Shown here piece after piece: positions 17,373-25,580 of a stretch of 64,000 nt of DNA. The notes below the pieces were generated by a model. The model was not told where the DNA came from, searched no databases, and saw only the letters and a program-made list of their open reading frames with translations. The stretch comes from a bacterium (GTDB lineage Bacteria; Verrucomicrobiota; Kiritimatiellia; RFP12; UBA1067). The stretch's first letter is position 1; every line of letters begins with the position of its first letter. Where the stretch lies: the NCBI GenBank assembly GCA_037133395.1, contig JBAXOG010000006.1, forward strand, positions 1,036 through 65,035, in the 5' to 3' direction. The position numbers and the translations under genes are program-made.

Positions 17373-20107
17373 GTTTCCTCCGGCTGGTAACCCAACACGC
17401 TCAGCATGCCCTTCATCTTGCCGGAAAGCGTGTCACGTTCGCGGGTCAGGTCTGTCAGCGTCACCCGATACTTGTCCCAGATCCCTTCGATGAAGCGCAC
17501 GAGCTGCTGACGCTTCTCGGACATCGCCGCGTCAAGGCCGGACTGGATGTCTTGCGCGAAGAGGTCAAGGACCAGGGCACGCTTGTCACTGTCGCTAATC
17601 GCGAGGCAGCGGCCTTTGAGTTCGTTCACGAATTCAGCGGTCAGGGTGCGGTAAAGCTCACGGGCTTCCGCGAGCTGAGTCTTGATCTGCTCATAGGGTT
17701 GAAGCAACTCAGCAAGTGTGCTCAGTTGGTCGTAGACCGCTTGAATCGCGACTTTTGCCGCCGAGGCGGCGCGTTTCTCTGCGGGGGTTGCCTTGGCTTT
17801 GCTTGCAACCTTCTCCAATTTTGCCAGCTCCTTGAGCGCATCCCGGTTCTCGGCCTTGAGTTCTTTGCTTTGGCGTTCAAGATCCTTGGCATAGTTCCAG
17901 GCAGTCAGTTCCTCCTCTTCCAGATCGTCAGGCGCGTTGCCCTGCTCAAACGCCTCTTTTTCAGCCTTGAGACGGGCAATGTCGGACTTGCTGTCGGAAA
18001 TACGTTTGAGATAGTCGGTCATGGTATGCTGAACGAGCTTATGTCCGAAGGGGTCGAAGGCGGGGCCAGTAGAATCGTCCTCCTCCAACGCATCCGCGAT
18101 GGTGTCCACCCAGCCGTCGATCACCCCTGGAAAGCCATTCTCCATGAGCGTCTTGAAATCAGGCAGCGTATCCGTCCACCACGTGGCGATCACGCCAGAC
18201 AGTTTAAAACGATCCAAGCAAGGTAGAAGCGGCGTCCCGCCGCTTTTCTTGGCCAGCGGCCAGACGCCGCACGGCGTATTAAGCGGCGAGACGCCGCTTC
18301 CACTTTGGGCAAGAGCCTCCACGAAGGTATCGAGCACCTCGGTGCGGACGCGGTTCAGGTCGCGGCGTTCCGGTAACGTCGCGAGACGGGGCGCATGCGC
18401 CGTCCACCACGTGTCGAGTTGCTCCTTCACGAAAGCGAGGCGGTTCTGGAGACCGGAGTCACCATCGACCCGTGCACGGATAAGCGTGCGCTCGGAGAGC
18501 GCTGGCGCGAAATCATAATAGGCAGCTTCGTCTTTCCGCAGTGAGAATACATGGTCGGAATCAAAGCCGAGGGCATCAAAGAGCGGACGATGCGTGGCCA
18601 CCTCCGCCACGGGCACGCCGCCGAGCAAGTGGGCGCGCACGTCGTGCGGTTCCGGGGGCGGCGAGTTGTCCACATAGCGCCGGATGTTAAGATTGAAATC
18701 GTTGGCCTCGCTGGCGATCTCCTCCAGCGTCACGACACGCGCATAGCCGTGAATATCTTCATAGCGGTCATAGGTCGAGGCGATCTTCTCGATGTGCTCA
18801 GGACGCAGGTAGTTCTGGGCGCGTCCTTCATGGAACTCCGCGTCGGCATTGATGAAGAGCACCTTGCGGCGGCGATTCTCCGGCTTGTGCGGATTGGGAG
18901 GCGTGCCAATAAGATTAGGCCGCATCACGATTACGCAGGCGGGGATGCCTGCGCCATAGAATAGGTTCTGCGGTAGACCGATGACAGCCTCGACGATATC
19001 CTGCTCCAGGAATTTCTTGCGGATCTCCCGTTCCGCACCGCCGCGGAAGAGCACGCCATGCGGCATCACGGTGGCGACCATGCCGCCCGGCTTGCAGACG
19101 GCAAGCATGTGCTGGGCGAACATGAGGTCGCCTTTCTTGCCTGTTGTCGGACACCAGCCCCAGCGGAAACGTTCAGGGAACTCCATGTTGCTCTTGGTGT
19201 AGTTCTGGCTGAAGGGCGGATTGGCGATCACGCGGTCAAACCGTTCCAGTTCACCGCCCTCACGATGCAGAGGATGCAGCAGCGTATCCTCAAGCTGGAT
19301 GTCCGCGCCGGACACGCCATGCAAGAGCATATTGAGCCGGCAAATGGCCCAAGCAGAGGCATCATTGACCTGACCGCAGAGACGCAGGTTCGTCGGGTCG
19401 CCCCCTGACTGTTCGACAAACTCTCGGGTGATGATAAGCATGCCACCTGAACCGCAGGTGGGGTCATAGACCTTCATGCCTGCTGCAGGCTTGAGGATAC
19501 GGACCATCAGGCGGATCACATCACGCGGCGTATAGAAGTCGCCGCCCTTCTTGCCTGCCGACTCGGCGAACATATTGATCAGGAACTCGTAAGCCGCGCC
19601 TAGCAGATCAGAGAATTGGAAATCTTCATTCCGGAGACGATAACGGCTGAAGATCCGGACAATGTCCTTACAGGCTTCATCCGAGATGATGCGCTTGGTC
19701 CCCTGCACACGCATGAAACTGATGTGATCCAAGACGTGTTGGAGTGACTCGTTCGACTCCCCCAGCGCATCAAGGGCCTTATCGAGGACTTTTCCGTAGG
19801 CCTCCGTCGCATCATTTAGCTTATCCTGGAGAAACTCCCAGCGGGCACGGTCAGGAACAAAAAAGCCGTCATAAAAATCAGGATTCTCACCATACGTTTG
19901 GGAAGCCTCATGTGTGGCCATACCCTGTTCGACCTTGCGTCCGACGATCCGCTCGCGTTCAGCGTCGAAAACATCTGAGCAACGCTTCAAAAACAGAATG
20001 CCGAAGATATAATCCTTGTACGTGGCGGCATCCAGCCCCTCCTGGCGAAGGCGGTCAGCAACGGAATAGAGGTGGCGTTCAAGCTTGGCAAGTGACAATC
20101 GGGGCAT
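17369..20107 (-). CDS. hsdM: Type I R-M N6-adenine DNA methyltransferase subunit M, unusually long (912 aa) with ~430-aa C-terminal coiled-coil-rich extension
   Basis: HsdM_N-like N-terminus (LERHLYSVADRLR...). SAM motif VYDPTCGSGGML. Catalytic VIANPPFS. The extension is rich in heptad-like K/E/A/L sequence. Confidence 0.95.
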   Translation of the reverse strand: MPRLSLAKLERHLYSVADRLRQEGLDAATYKDYIFGILFLKRCSDVFDAERERIVGRKVEQGMATHEASQTYGENPDFYDGFFVPDRARWEFLQDKLNDATEAYGKVLDKALDALGESNESLQHVLDHISFMRVQGTKRIISDEACKDIVRIFSRYRLRNEDFQFSDLLGAAYEFLINMFAESAGKKGGDFYTPRDVIRLMVRILKPAAGMKVYDPTCGSGGMLIITREFVEQSGGDPTNLRLCGQVNDASAWAICRLNMLLHGVSGADIQLEDTLLHPLHREGGELERFDRVIANPPFSQNYTKSNMEFPERFRWGWCPTTGKKGDLMFAQHMLAVCKPGGMVATVMPHGVLFRGGAEREIRKKFLEQDIVEAVIGLPQNLFYGAGIPACVIVMRPNLIGTPPNPHKPENRRRKVLFINADAEFHEGRAQNYLRPEHIEKIASTYDRYEDIHGYARVVTLEEIASEANDFNLNIRRYVDNSPPPEPHDVRAHLLGGVPVAEVATHRPLFDALGFDSDHVFSLRKDEAAYYDFAPALSERTLIRARVDGDSGLQNRLAFVKEQLDTWWTAHAPRLATLPERRDLNRVRTEVLDTFVEALAQSGSGVSPLNTPCGVWPLAKKSGGTPLLPCLDRFKLSGVIATWWTDTLPDFKTLMENGFPGVIDGWVDTIADALEEDDSTGPAFDPFGHKLVQHTMTDYLKRISDSKSDIARLKAEKEAFEQGNAPDDLEEEELTAWNYAKDLERQSKELKAENRDALKELAKLEKVASKAKATPAEKRAASAAKVAIQAVYDQLSTLAELLQPYEQIKTQLAEARELYRTLTAEFVNELKGRCLAISDSDKRALVLDLFAQDIQSGLDAAMSEKRQQLVRFIEGIWDKYRVTLTDLTRERDTLSGKMKGMLSVLGYQPEET
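18226..18300. repeat. In-frame palindromic repeat element inside hsdM: two AAGCGGCG-NNN-CGCCGCTT hairpin units flanking nested mini-hairpins
   Basis: Unit 1 is 18227-18245 (loop TCC) and unit 2 is 18281-18299 (loop AGA). Between them are TGGCCAGCGGCCA and ACGCCGCACGGCGT. The span is 75 bp (25 codons), encoding roughly SGSGVSPLNTPCGVWPLAKKSGGTPLLP. Confidence 0.7.
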
Positions 20108-20391
20108 AAGGTTCTCATTCTATAAAGAGGGAAATTATTAATCACCCATGAATGGGAACTATTATGCTTTTGGGCGTGCAAATAGTCAACTCCTATCTTG
20201 ATCGGCTTCGAGGGTTGAAAAGCGCATCCGGCAATGGCGCTGTCGTGGAAGCGCGGGGATCGGCAATCCTCAAAAAAAGGCGCTCTTTCGCGTGTCGCTT
20301 TCATTACTTGAGATACAGCTTCTTCAAAAGCAAGGTGTATGCTTGGCCATAGTTGATACAACGAACTCCATGCACGTCAGGCCTTATCAAT

Positions 20392-20458
20392 TTGTCAGCA
20401 TTGGGAAGACCGCTGACAACTAGCGCAAAATTCAAGTAGAATCTTAAGATTGCGCTAG
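20392..20458 (-). terminator. Two tandem hairpins downstream of the Rrf2 operon
   Basis: TTGTCAGC-N12-GCTGACAA (20392-20419) and CTAGCGCAA-N21-TTGCGCTAG (20420-20458), 35-100 nt after the Rrf2 stop. No strong U-tract. Confidence 0.4.
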
Positions 20459-20492
20459 ATTAACCTCGTTTGGGAAAAGACAAAGCTTTCGC

Positions 20493-20936
20493 TTAAATCG
20501 TATAATTCAAGCTGTCGATGGCTTCCGCTTCACGGTGACGGGCAAGCAGGTCTTCCAGGGTGATCCCGGCAAGCACATCTGCAATTTTGTTTTCTAATTC
20601 GACCCAGGCTTTATGGGTGATCAGGTAAACGCTGTTTCGATTTTTAGCTTCAACCTTTTGATCCGCAACAAAGGTCACAGACCCTTCCAGCACGTTGACA
20701 ATATCGCGGATGCTAACCTCCGAGGGCTTACGCGCCAATACGTATCCGCCTTGTGAACCGCGCTTTACGCGCAAGATTCCTGCGGCGGTCAGCGGGGTGA
20801 CAACATGCCACAGATAGGGCTGCGAAATTCCTTGGCGTGCGGCAATGTCACTCAAGGTCACCGGACCCTGATGCTGATGCAGTGCCACTTCCAACAAGAG
20901 TCGCAATGCGTACCGTCCTTTTGTAGTGATTTTCAT
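20493..20936 (-). CDS. Rrf2-family transcriptional regulator (CymR/IscR-like)
   Basis: MKITTKGRYALRLLLEVALH...LSDIAARQGISQPYLWHVVTPLTAAGILRVKRGSQGGYVLAR is the canonical Rrf2 wHTH. No obvious 3-Cys cluster. Last gene of an operon with two Cys/Met PLP enzymes. Confidence 0.9.
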   Translation of the reverse strand: MKITTKGRYALRLLLEVALHQHQGPVTLSDIAARQGISQPYLWHVVTPLTAAGILRVKRGSQGGYVLARKPSEVSIRDIVNVLEGSVTFVADQKVEAKNRNSVYLITHKAWVELENKIADVLAGITLEDLLARHREAEAIDSLNYTI

Positions 20937-20938
20937 TT

Positions 20939-22081
20939 TTAGGTTTCAGAGTTTAACGCTTGGTTAAGATCAGCGATGAGATCCTCGGGGCTCTCCAGCC
21001 CTACAGAAAGTCGTACGAGTCCATCCGTGATGCCGCGCGCCTGGCGCTCGTCAGCCGGCATGGCTGCATGTGACATGGTTCTGGGATAGGAGAGGATGCT
21101 CTCCACGCCGCCGAGGCTGACCGCGACCAGCGGCAACTTCACACGCTTCAAGAAGGCCACAGCCGTGGGTCCGTTTGCCAGCTCGAATGAAATGACCGCA
21201 CCGCCGCCGCGAGCCTGTTGCGCATGGATCGCGTACCCCGCATGGCTTTCAAGGCCTGGATAAAATACGTGGCGAATTTCTTTCCGGCCCGACAGCCAAC
21301 GCGCCATCTCCCCAGCGCTCCGTTGCTGCGCGTCGAGACGAACGCCCAGCGTCTTGATGCCGCGCAGCACAAGCCAGGAGTCCTGCGGACCCAGAATCGC
21401 ACCGAAGTTGTTTTGAATGGACTTGAGTTTTTTTCCAAGATCCGCGTCGCGGGTGACAGCCAGACCGGCAATCACGTCGCTGTGTCCGCCCAGAAATTTT
21501 GTCGCGCTGTGAACCACAATGTCAAAGCCGAGTTCAAGCGGGCGCTGCAGGTGCGGGGTCATGAAGGTGTTGTCCGTGATGGCCAGTATCCCATGCTCGT
21601 GCGCAATGGTTGCCATCGTCCGCAGATCCGTGATCTGTAGCAACGGATTGGCTGGAGTTTCTACGAATAGCCCGCGCGTGGCTGGCGTGATGGCTTTACG
21701 GACCGCATCAGGATCCATGCTGTCGACGAATGTCACCTGAAGCCCCCAGCGCTTGAAGAGTGTGGTCAGCACGCGGTAGGTGCCACCATAAATATCACGG
21801 CCAACCACCAGATGGTCGCCCGGCTGAAAGAGCATCAGCACCGAAGAGGTCGCTGCCATGCCCGAAGCAAAGGCCAGTCCGCGCGCGCCGCCCTCCAGTA
21901 GTGCGATGGTATGTTCCAGCGCCTCGCGCGTCGGGTTGTCGCTTCGGGCGTAGTCATACGCGCCGAGATGTTCAGGATCAGGTTGATTAAACGTCGAAAC
22001 TTGATAAATCGGTATGCTCGACGCGCCAGTATACGGATCGCGGTCGCGTCCCGAATGAATCAATGTTGTCCGGTCATTCAT
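20939..22081 (-). CDS. Cys/Met-metabolism PLP-dependent enzyme (cystathionine gamma-lyase / beta-lyase / gamma-synthase family)
   Basis: YARSDNPTREALE, GMAATS, HSATKFLGGHSDV (PLP-Lys motif). ATGA overlap with the upstream paralogue. Confidence 0.85.
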   Translation of the reverse strand: MNDRTTLIHSGRDRDPYTGASSIPIYQVSTFNQPDPEHLGAYDYARSDNPTREALEHTIALLEGGARGLAFASGMAATSSVLMLFQPGDHLVVGRDIYGGTYRVLTTLFKRWGLQVTFVDSMDPDAVRKAITPATRGLFVETPANPLLQITDLRTMATIAHEHGILAITDNTFMTPHLQRPLELGFDIVVHSATKFLGGHSDVIAGLAVTRDADLGKKLKSIQNNFGAILGPQDSWLVLRGIKTLGVRLDAQQRSAGEMARWLSGRKEIRHVFYPGLESHAGYAIHAQQARGGGAVISFELANGPTAVAFLKRVKLPLVAVSLGGVESILSYPRTMSHAAMPADERQARGITDGLVRLSVGLESPEDLIADLNQALNSET

Positions 22082-23229
22082 AACACAGTCTCCAGATCGT
22101 CCAGCAGATCGCGCACATCCTCAATGCCTACTGAGAGCCGCAGCAACCGGTCGTTGATGCCGAGACGACATCGCGTCGCCTCCTCGATATCTGCATGCGT
22201 CTGCACAGACGGGTACGTGATGAGGGATTCTACACCACCCAGACTTTCGGCGAACAGGAAAATCTTTACGTTAGCTAAAATTGCAGGTACGCGTGCAGGA
22301 TCATCCACTTCAAACGAAATCATACCGCCCCACCCGCTCTTCTCGCGCAGCAGAATATCGCGTCCGGGATGGTTCTGCAGCCCCGGATAATAGACGCGCC
22401 GTACGCGCGGATGCTTCGCCAGCCACGTGGCGATGGTCAGCGCATTCTCCTGCTGCCGCTCCACACGCAGAGTCAAGGTCTTGAGTCCGCGCAGCGTCAG
22501 CCAGGAGTCCTGCGGACCTAGAATGCCGCCGGATGCATTCTGCAAGAAGCCGATGCGCTCCGACAGTTCCGGGGTTGCCGTGACCACCGCGCCCGCCACT
22601 ACATCGTTGTGACCCGCCAGATATTTTGTTGCGCTGTAGACCACCAAATCCGCGCCCTGTTCAACCGGACGCTGCAAGACCGGCGTAAGGAATGTGTTGT
22701 CCACAATCGTGAGGATGCCTCGCGCACGAGCCAACGAAGCAATAGCCCTAATATCGGCAATTCGAAGGATCGGATTGGTCGGCGACTCAATCAACACGCC
22801 TCGCACACGCGGAATAGCCAACGCCAATTCAACGGCAGCCGTGTCCGAGGTATCAACATAGATGGCCTCGATCCCAAGCGGACGATAGATTCTTTCAAAC
22901 AACCGGTATGTGCCACCGTAGAGATCTTCAGTGACCACCAACTTGTCTCCGGGAACAAATAAGCGAAGCACCGCATCGATCGCCGCCAGCCCGGAGGCAA
23001 AGGCGAACCCGCGGTGGCCGACATCGGCAGCCGCCAGGGTCTCTTCCAGCACCAACCGGGTCGGATTGGACGAGCGCGAATAGTCGAAGCCTGTGCTCTG
23101 GCCAAGTCCGGGATGGACAAAAGATGCCGTTTGATAGATCGGGACCGAGATCGACCCCGTTGCCTTATCATACCGAGTGCCGGCCTGGGCCAGTCGTGTC
23201 GTCAACTGTGTTTGTTTCGCTGAACTCAA
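22078..23229 (-). CDS. Cys/Met-metabolism PLP-dependent enzyme (cystathionine gamma-synthase / beta-lyase family)
   Basis: YSRSSNPTRLVLE, YSATKYLAGHNDV. I moved the start from the track's TTG at 23259 to the in-frame TTG at 23229, which is preceded by a perfect AAGGAGG SD (23235-23241 on the plus strand). Confidence 0.8.
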   Translation of the reverse strand: MSSAKQTQLTTRLAQAGTRYDKATGSISVPIYQTASFVHPGLGQSTGFDYSRSSNPTRLVLEETLAAADVGHRGFAFASGLAAIDAVLRLFVPGDKLVVTEDLYGGTYRLFERIYRPLGIEAIYVDTSDTAAVELALAIPRVRGVLIESPTNPILRIADIRAIASLARARGILTIVDNTFLTPVLQRPVEQGADLVVYSATKYLAGHNDVVAGAVVTATPELSERIGFLQNASGGILGPQDSWLTLRGLKTLTLRVERQQENALTIATWLAKHPRVRRVYYPGLQNHPGRDILLREKSGWGGMISFEVDDPARVPAILANVKIFLFAESLGGVESLITYPSVQTHADIEEATRCRLGINDRLLRLSVGIEDVRDLLDDLETVL

Positions 23230-23263
23230 AGCTGCCTCCTTGACAATAAAATCTTTCAACCTT

Positions 23264-23297
23264 ATTGTCTATTGAATTGATGTATAATGTAGACAAT
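23264..23297. promoter_or_regulatory. Candidate Rrf2 operator, dyad ATTGTCTA-N18-TAGACAAT, in the divergent met/sbp control region
   Basis: 8-bp perfect inverted arms. Contains the 11-mer TTGTCTATTGA (23265-23275). Lies 35-68 nt upstream of the revised met-operon start. Confidence 0.5.
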
Positions 23298-23342
23298 TTG
23301 CCCCAGTCTGTCAACAGGGTATATATTTAAAATATAATCTAT

Positions 23343-23379
23343 ATTGTCTATTGACATGGTAGAGAATAGATGCTATTGT
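23343..23379 (+). promoter_or_regulatory. Candidate sbp promoter with overlapping operator
   Basis: -35 TTGACA at 23351-23356, a 17-nt spacer, and -10 TATTGT at 23374-23379. The third exact copy of the 11-mer TTGTCTATTGA (23344-23354) overlaps the -35. TCTATT-N12-AATAGA dyad at 23347-23370. Confidence 0.45.
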
Positions 23380-23460
23380 ATGCTCCATTCAAGCCGATTA
23401 AGGCGGAGAAGAGACAGCTAACACACATGGCCACAGTGCCGCATAAGAAGGAGATCAACA

Positions 23461-24537
23461 ATGAACAGCATTACAACACACACGTACTTCGCAGCAGGAT
23501 TGCTCGCCCTGGCGGCGAGTTCCGCATGGGCAACGGAAGCCACCAGCCTATTGAATGTCTCGTATGACCCTACCCGCGAACTGTACAAAGACTTTAACAC
23601 ATCCTTTAGCCAGTCTTATCAAAAGGAGCATGGCGGTAAACCAGTCGCCATCCGCCAGTCGCATGGCGGATCAGGCAAACAAGCTCGGGCCGTCATCGAT
23701 GGGTTGGAGGCGGATGTGCTGACCTTGGCGCTGGCCTACGATATTGACGAGGTTGCGGCAAAATCAGGACTGCTGTCTGCGGACTGGCAGAAGCGCCTCC
23801 CCAATAACAGCGCGCCTTACACCTCAACGATTGTCTTCCTGGTCCGCAAGGGTAACCCTAAGCAGATCAAGGACTGGCCCGATCTTATCAATCCAGGTGT
23901 TGAGGTAATCACACCGAACCCGAAGACTTCGGGCGGCGCGCGCTGGAACCATCTGGCTGCTTGGGGATTCATCCTCGACCGTGAACTGGGCGGAGACCTG
24001 AGTAAGCTGAACAAACCGGAATTCGCAGCACAAGCTTCGGCGGCTAAGGAAAAGGCAAAAACATTCGTTGCTGCCCTCTACAAGCATGTTCCTGTACTCG
24101 ACTCGGGCGCTCGCGGATCAACCACGACGTTCGTCCAGCGCGGCATCGGCGACGTGCTTTTGGCCTGGGAGAATGAGGCCTACTTAGCCGTCAACGAATT
24201 GGGCAAGGATAAGTTCGACATCGTCACCCCGCCGGTCAGCATCCTTGCGGAGCCGACCGTGGCCGTCGTGGACAAGGTGGTGGATAAGCGCGGGTCACGC
24301 GCGATTGCGGAAGCCTACCTCAAGAACCTTTACAGCGCAGAGGGCCAACGCCTTGCTGCTAAACACTACTATCGTCCGCGCAATCCGGAGCAGGCTGATC
24401 CCGCGGATATCGCCCGCTTTCCCAAGACCCGCCTGCTGACGATCGATGCCATCTCCGGCGGCTGGAGCATTGCGCACAAGGAACACTTTGCAGACGGCGC
24501 CTTGTTTGATCAGATCTACCTTCCCGCCGGAAAATAA
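23461..24537 (+). CDS. sbp: Sulfate/thiosulfate ABC transporter substrate-binding protein
   Basis: Signal peptide, then [17 protein letters not shown]...[29 protein letters not shown], close to E. coli Sbp/CysP. Confidence 0.9.
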   Translation: MNSITTHTYFAAGLLALAASSAWATEATSLLNVSYDPTRELYKDFNTSFSQSYQKEHGGKPVAIRQSHGGSGKQARAVIDGLEADVLTLALAYDIDEVAAKSGLLSADWQKRLPNNSAPYTSTIVFLVRKGNPKQIKDWPDLINPGVEVITPNPKTSGGARWNHLAAWGFILDRELGGDLSKLNKPEFAAQASAAKEKAKTFVAALYKHVPVLDSGARGSTTTFVQRGIGDVLLAWENEAYLAVNELGKDKFDIVTPPVSILAEPTVAVVDKVVDKRGSRAIAEAYLKNLYSAEGQRLAAKHYYRPRNPEQADPADIARFPKTRLLTIDAISGGWSIAHKEHFADGALFDQIYLPAGK

Positions 24538-24567
24538 CATGCACAGAACAATGTCCGAAGAAGGAAC

Positions 24568-25404
24568 ATGATGAAACTGAACTGGAAAGAAAAAAGTGTA
24601 CTGCCTGGTTTCGGCCTGGCCTTTGGCTACACGGTCTTCTACCTGTCACTGCTGGTGCTGGTACCTCTCGCCGCATTGGTGCTGCGCAGCAGCGAGCTGG
24701 GCATCACAGGTTTCATCAAGACCATCACCCACCCGCGCGTGCTGGCCTCATTCAAAGTGACCTTCTCAACGGCGTTCGCCGCAGCGTTGATCAACGTGGT
24801 GCTCGGGGTTGTGGTCGCGTGGTTCCTTGTGCGCGGACGTTTCCCACTGAAGCGCCTCGTGGATGCGCTGGTGGATCTGCCCTTCGCGTTGCCCACTGCG
24901 GTCAGCGGCATCGCGCTGACCGCGCTCTTTGCGCCGAACAGCACTTTGGGCGGTGCGCTGTTGAAGCTCGGCATTAAAGTCGCGTTCACCACGACTGGCA
25001 TCACCATCGCCATGATCTTTATCGGCCTGCCTTTTGTGATCCGCAGCGTGCAACCCGCGCTTGCGGATCTGAGCCGCGAACTGGAAGAGGCCGCGCACAG
25101 TCTGGGGGCGTCGCGGTTCCAGACCTTGAGGCGCGTAGTGCTGCCCCTTCTCGCACCCTCGATCCTGAGCGGTTTCACACTGGCCTTTTCGCGGGCGCTG
25201 GGCGAATACGGCTCGGTTGTCTTTATTGCGGGCAACATGCCCATGAAAACCGAGATCGCTTCGCTGCTGATCATCACCAAGCTGGAACAGTTCGATTATG
25301 CGGGCGCCACAGCCATTGCTGTCGCCCTGCTGTCGCTCTCGCTGATCGCAATCTTTTTAATCAACGTGTTGCAGGCGCGAACGGCTAAGTATTTCGGGAA
25401 TTGA
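24568..25404 (+). CDS. cysT: Sulfate ABC transporter permease
   Basis: Polytopic permease with an EAA-type loop (ELEEAAHSLGASRFQTLRRVVLPLL). Operon position after sbp. Confidence 0.9.
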   Translation: MMKLNWKEKSVLPGFGLAFGYTVFYLSLLVLVPLAALVLRSSELGITGFIKTITHPRVLASFKVTFSTAFAAALINVVLGVVVAWFLVRGRFPLKRLVDALVDLPFALPTAVSGIALTALFAPNSTLGGALLKLGIKVAFTTTGITIAMIFIGLPFVIRSVQPALADLSRELEEAAHSLGASRFQTLRRVVLPLLAPSILSGFTLAFSRALGEYGSVVFIAGNMPMKTEIASLLIITKLEQFDYAGATAIAVALLSLSLIAIFLINVLQARTAKYFGN

Positions 25405-25418
25405 AACGGCAGGAGAGA

Positions 25419-25568
25419 GGAATACTGGAATGTTGGAATACTGGAATATTGGAAGAAGACATGGAGGGACGCGCTTCGTCGCGTCCGGCCACGACGAAGC
25501 GTGGCCCTCCAAAAGCCGGTATTCCGTTTCCCCATCATTCCAACATTCCCCTATTCCATCATTCCAGC
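25419..25568. repeat. Composite palindromic element, 'GGAAT' family, copy 1
   Basis: Left arm GGAATACT GGAATGTT GGAATACT GGAATATT GGAAG (8-nt period). Central ~20-bp hairpin clamped by GGAGGG...CCCTCC (25463-25510). Right arm is the reverse-complement 8-mer array. Fills the cysT-cysW spacer. Confidence 0.9.
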
Positions 25569-25580
25569 GAAGTTAATGTC

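Noticed and set aside
19987-20361. 124-aa minus-strand ORF spanning the hsdM upstream region and overlapping the hsdM start out of frame; also 20152..20352(+)
   Set aside because: No recognisable motifs or RBS, and a 120-nt out-of-frame overlap with hsdM. More likely promoter/leader DNA. Left unresolved rather than called.
23260-23460. SAM/T-box-type riboswitch upstream of the met PLP operon or sbp
   Set aside because: The leader is short, AT-rich and lacks the conserved GC-rich helices of known sulfur/Met riboswitches. Protein (Rrf2) control fits better.
24639-25280. 213-aa minus-strand ORF antisense to cysT, and 39466..40278(-) antisense to the DoxX fusion gene
   Set aside because: Each is embedded in a supported sense gene. 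Both have low-complexity R/A/S-rich translations.
25401-25580. N-terminal 60 codons of the track's cysW ORF (MKRQERGILECWNTGILEE…HHSNIPLFHHS)
   Set aside because: This is read-through of the GGAAT palindromic element. The conserved permease begins at the in-frame ATG at 25581.
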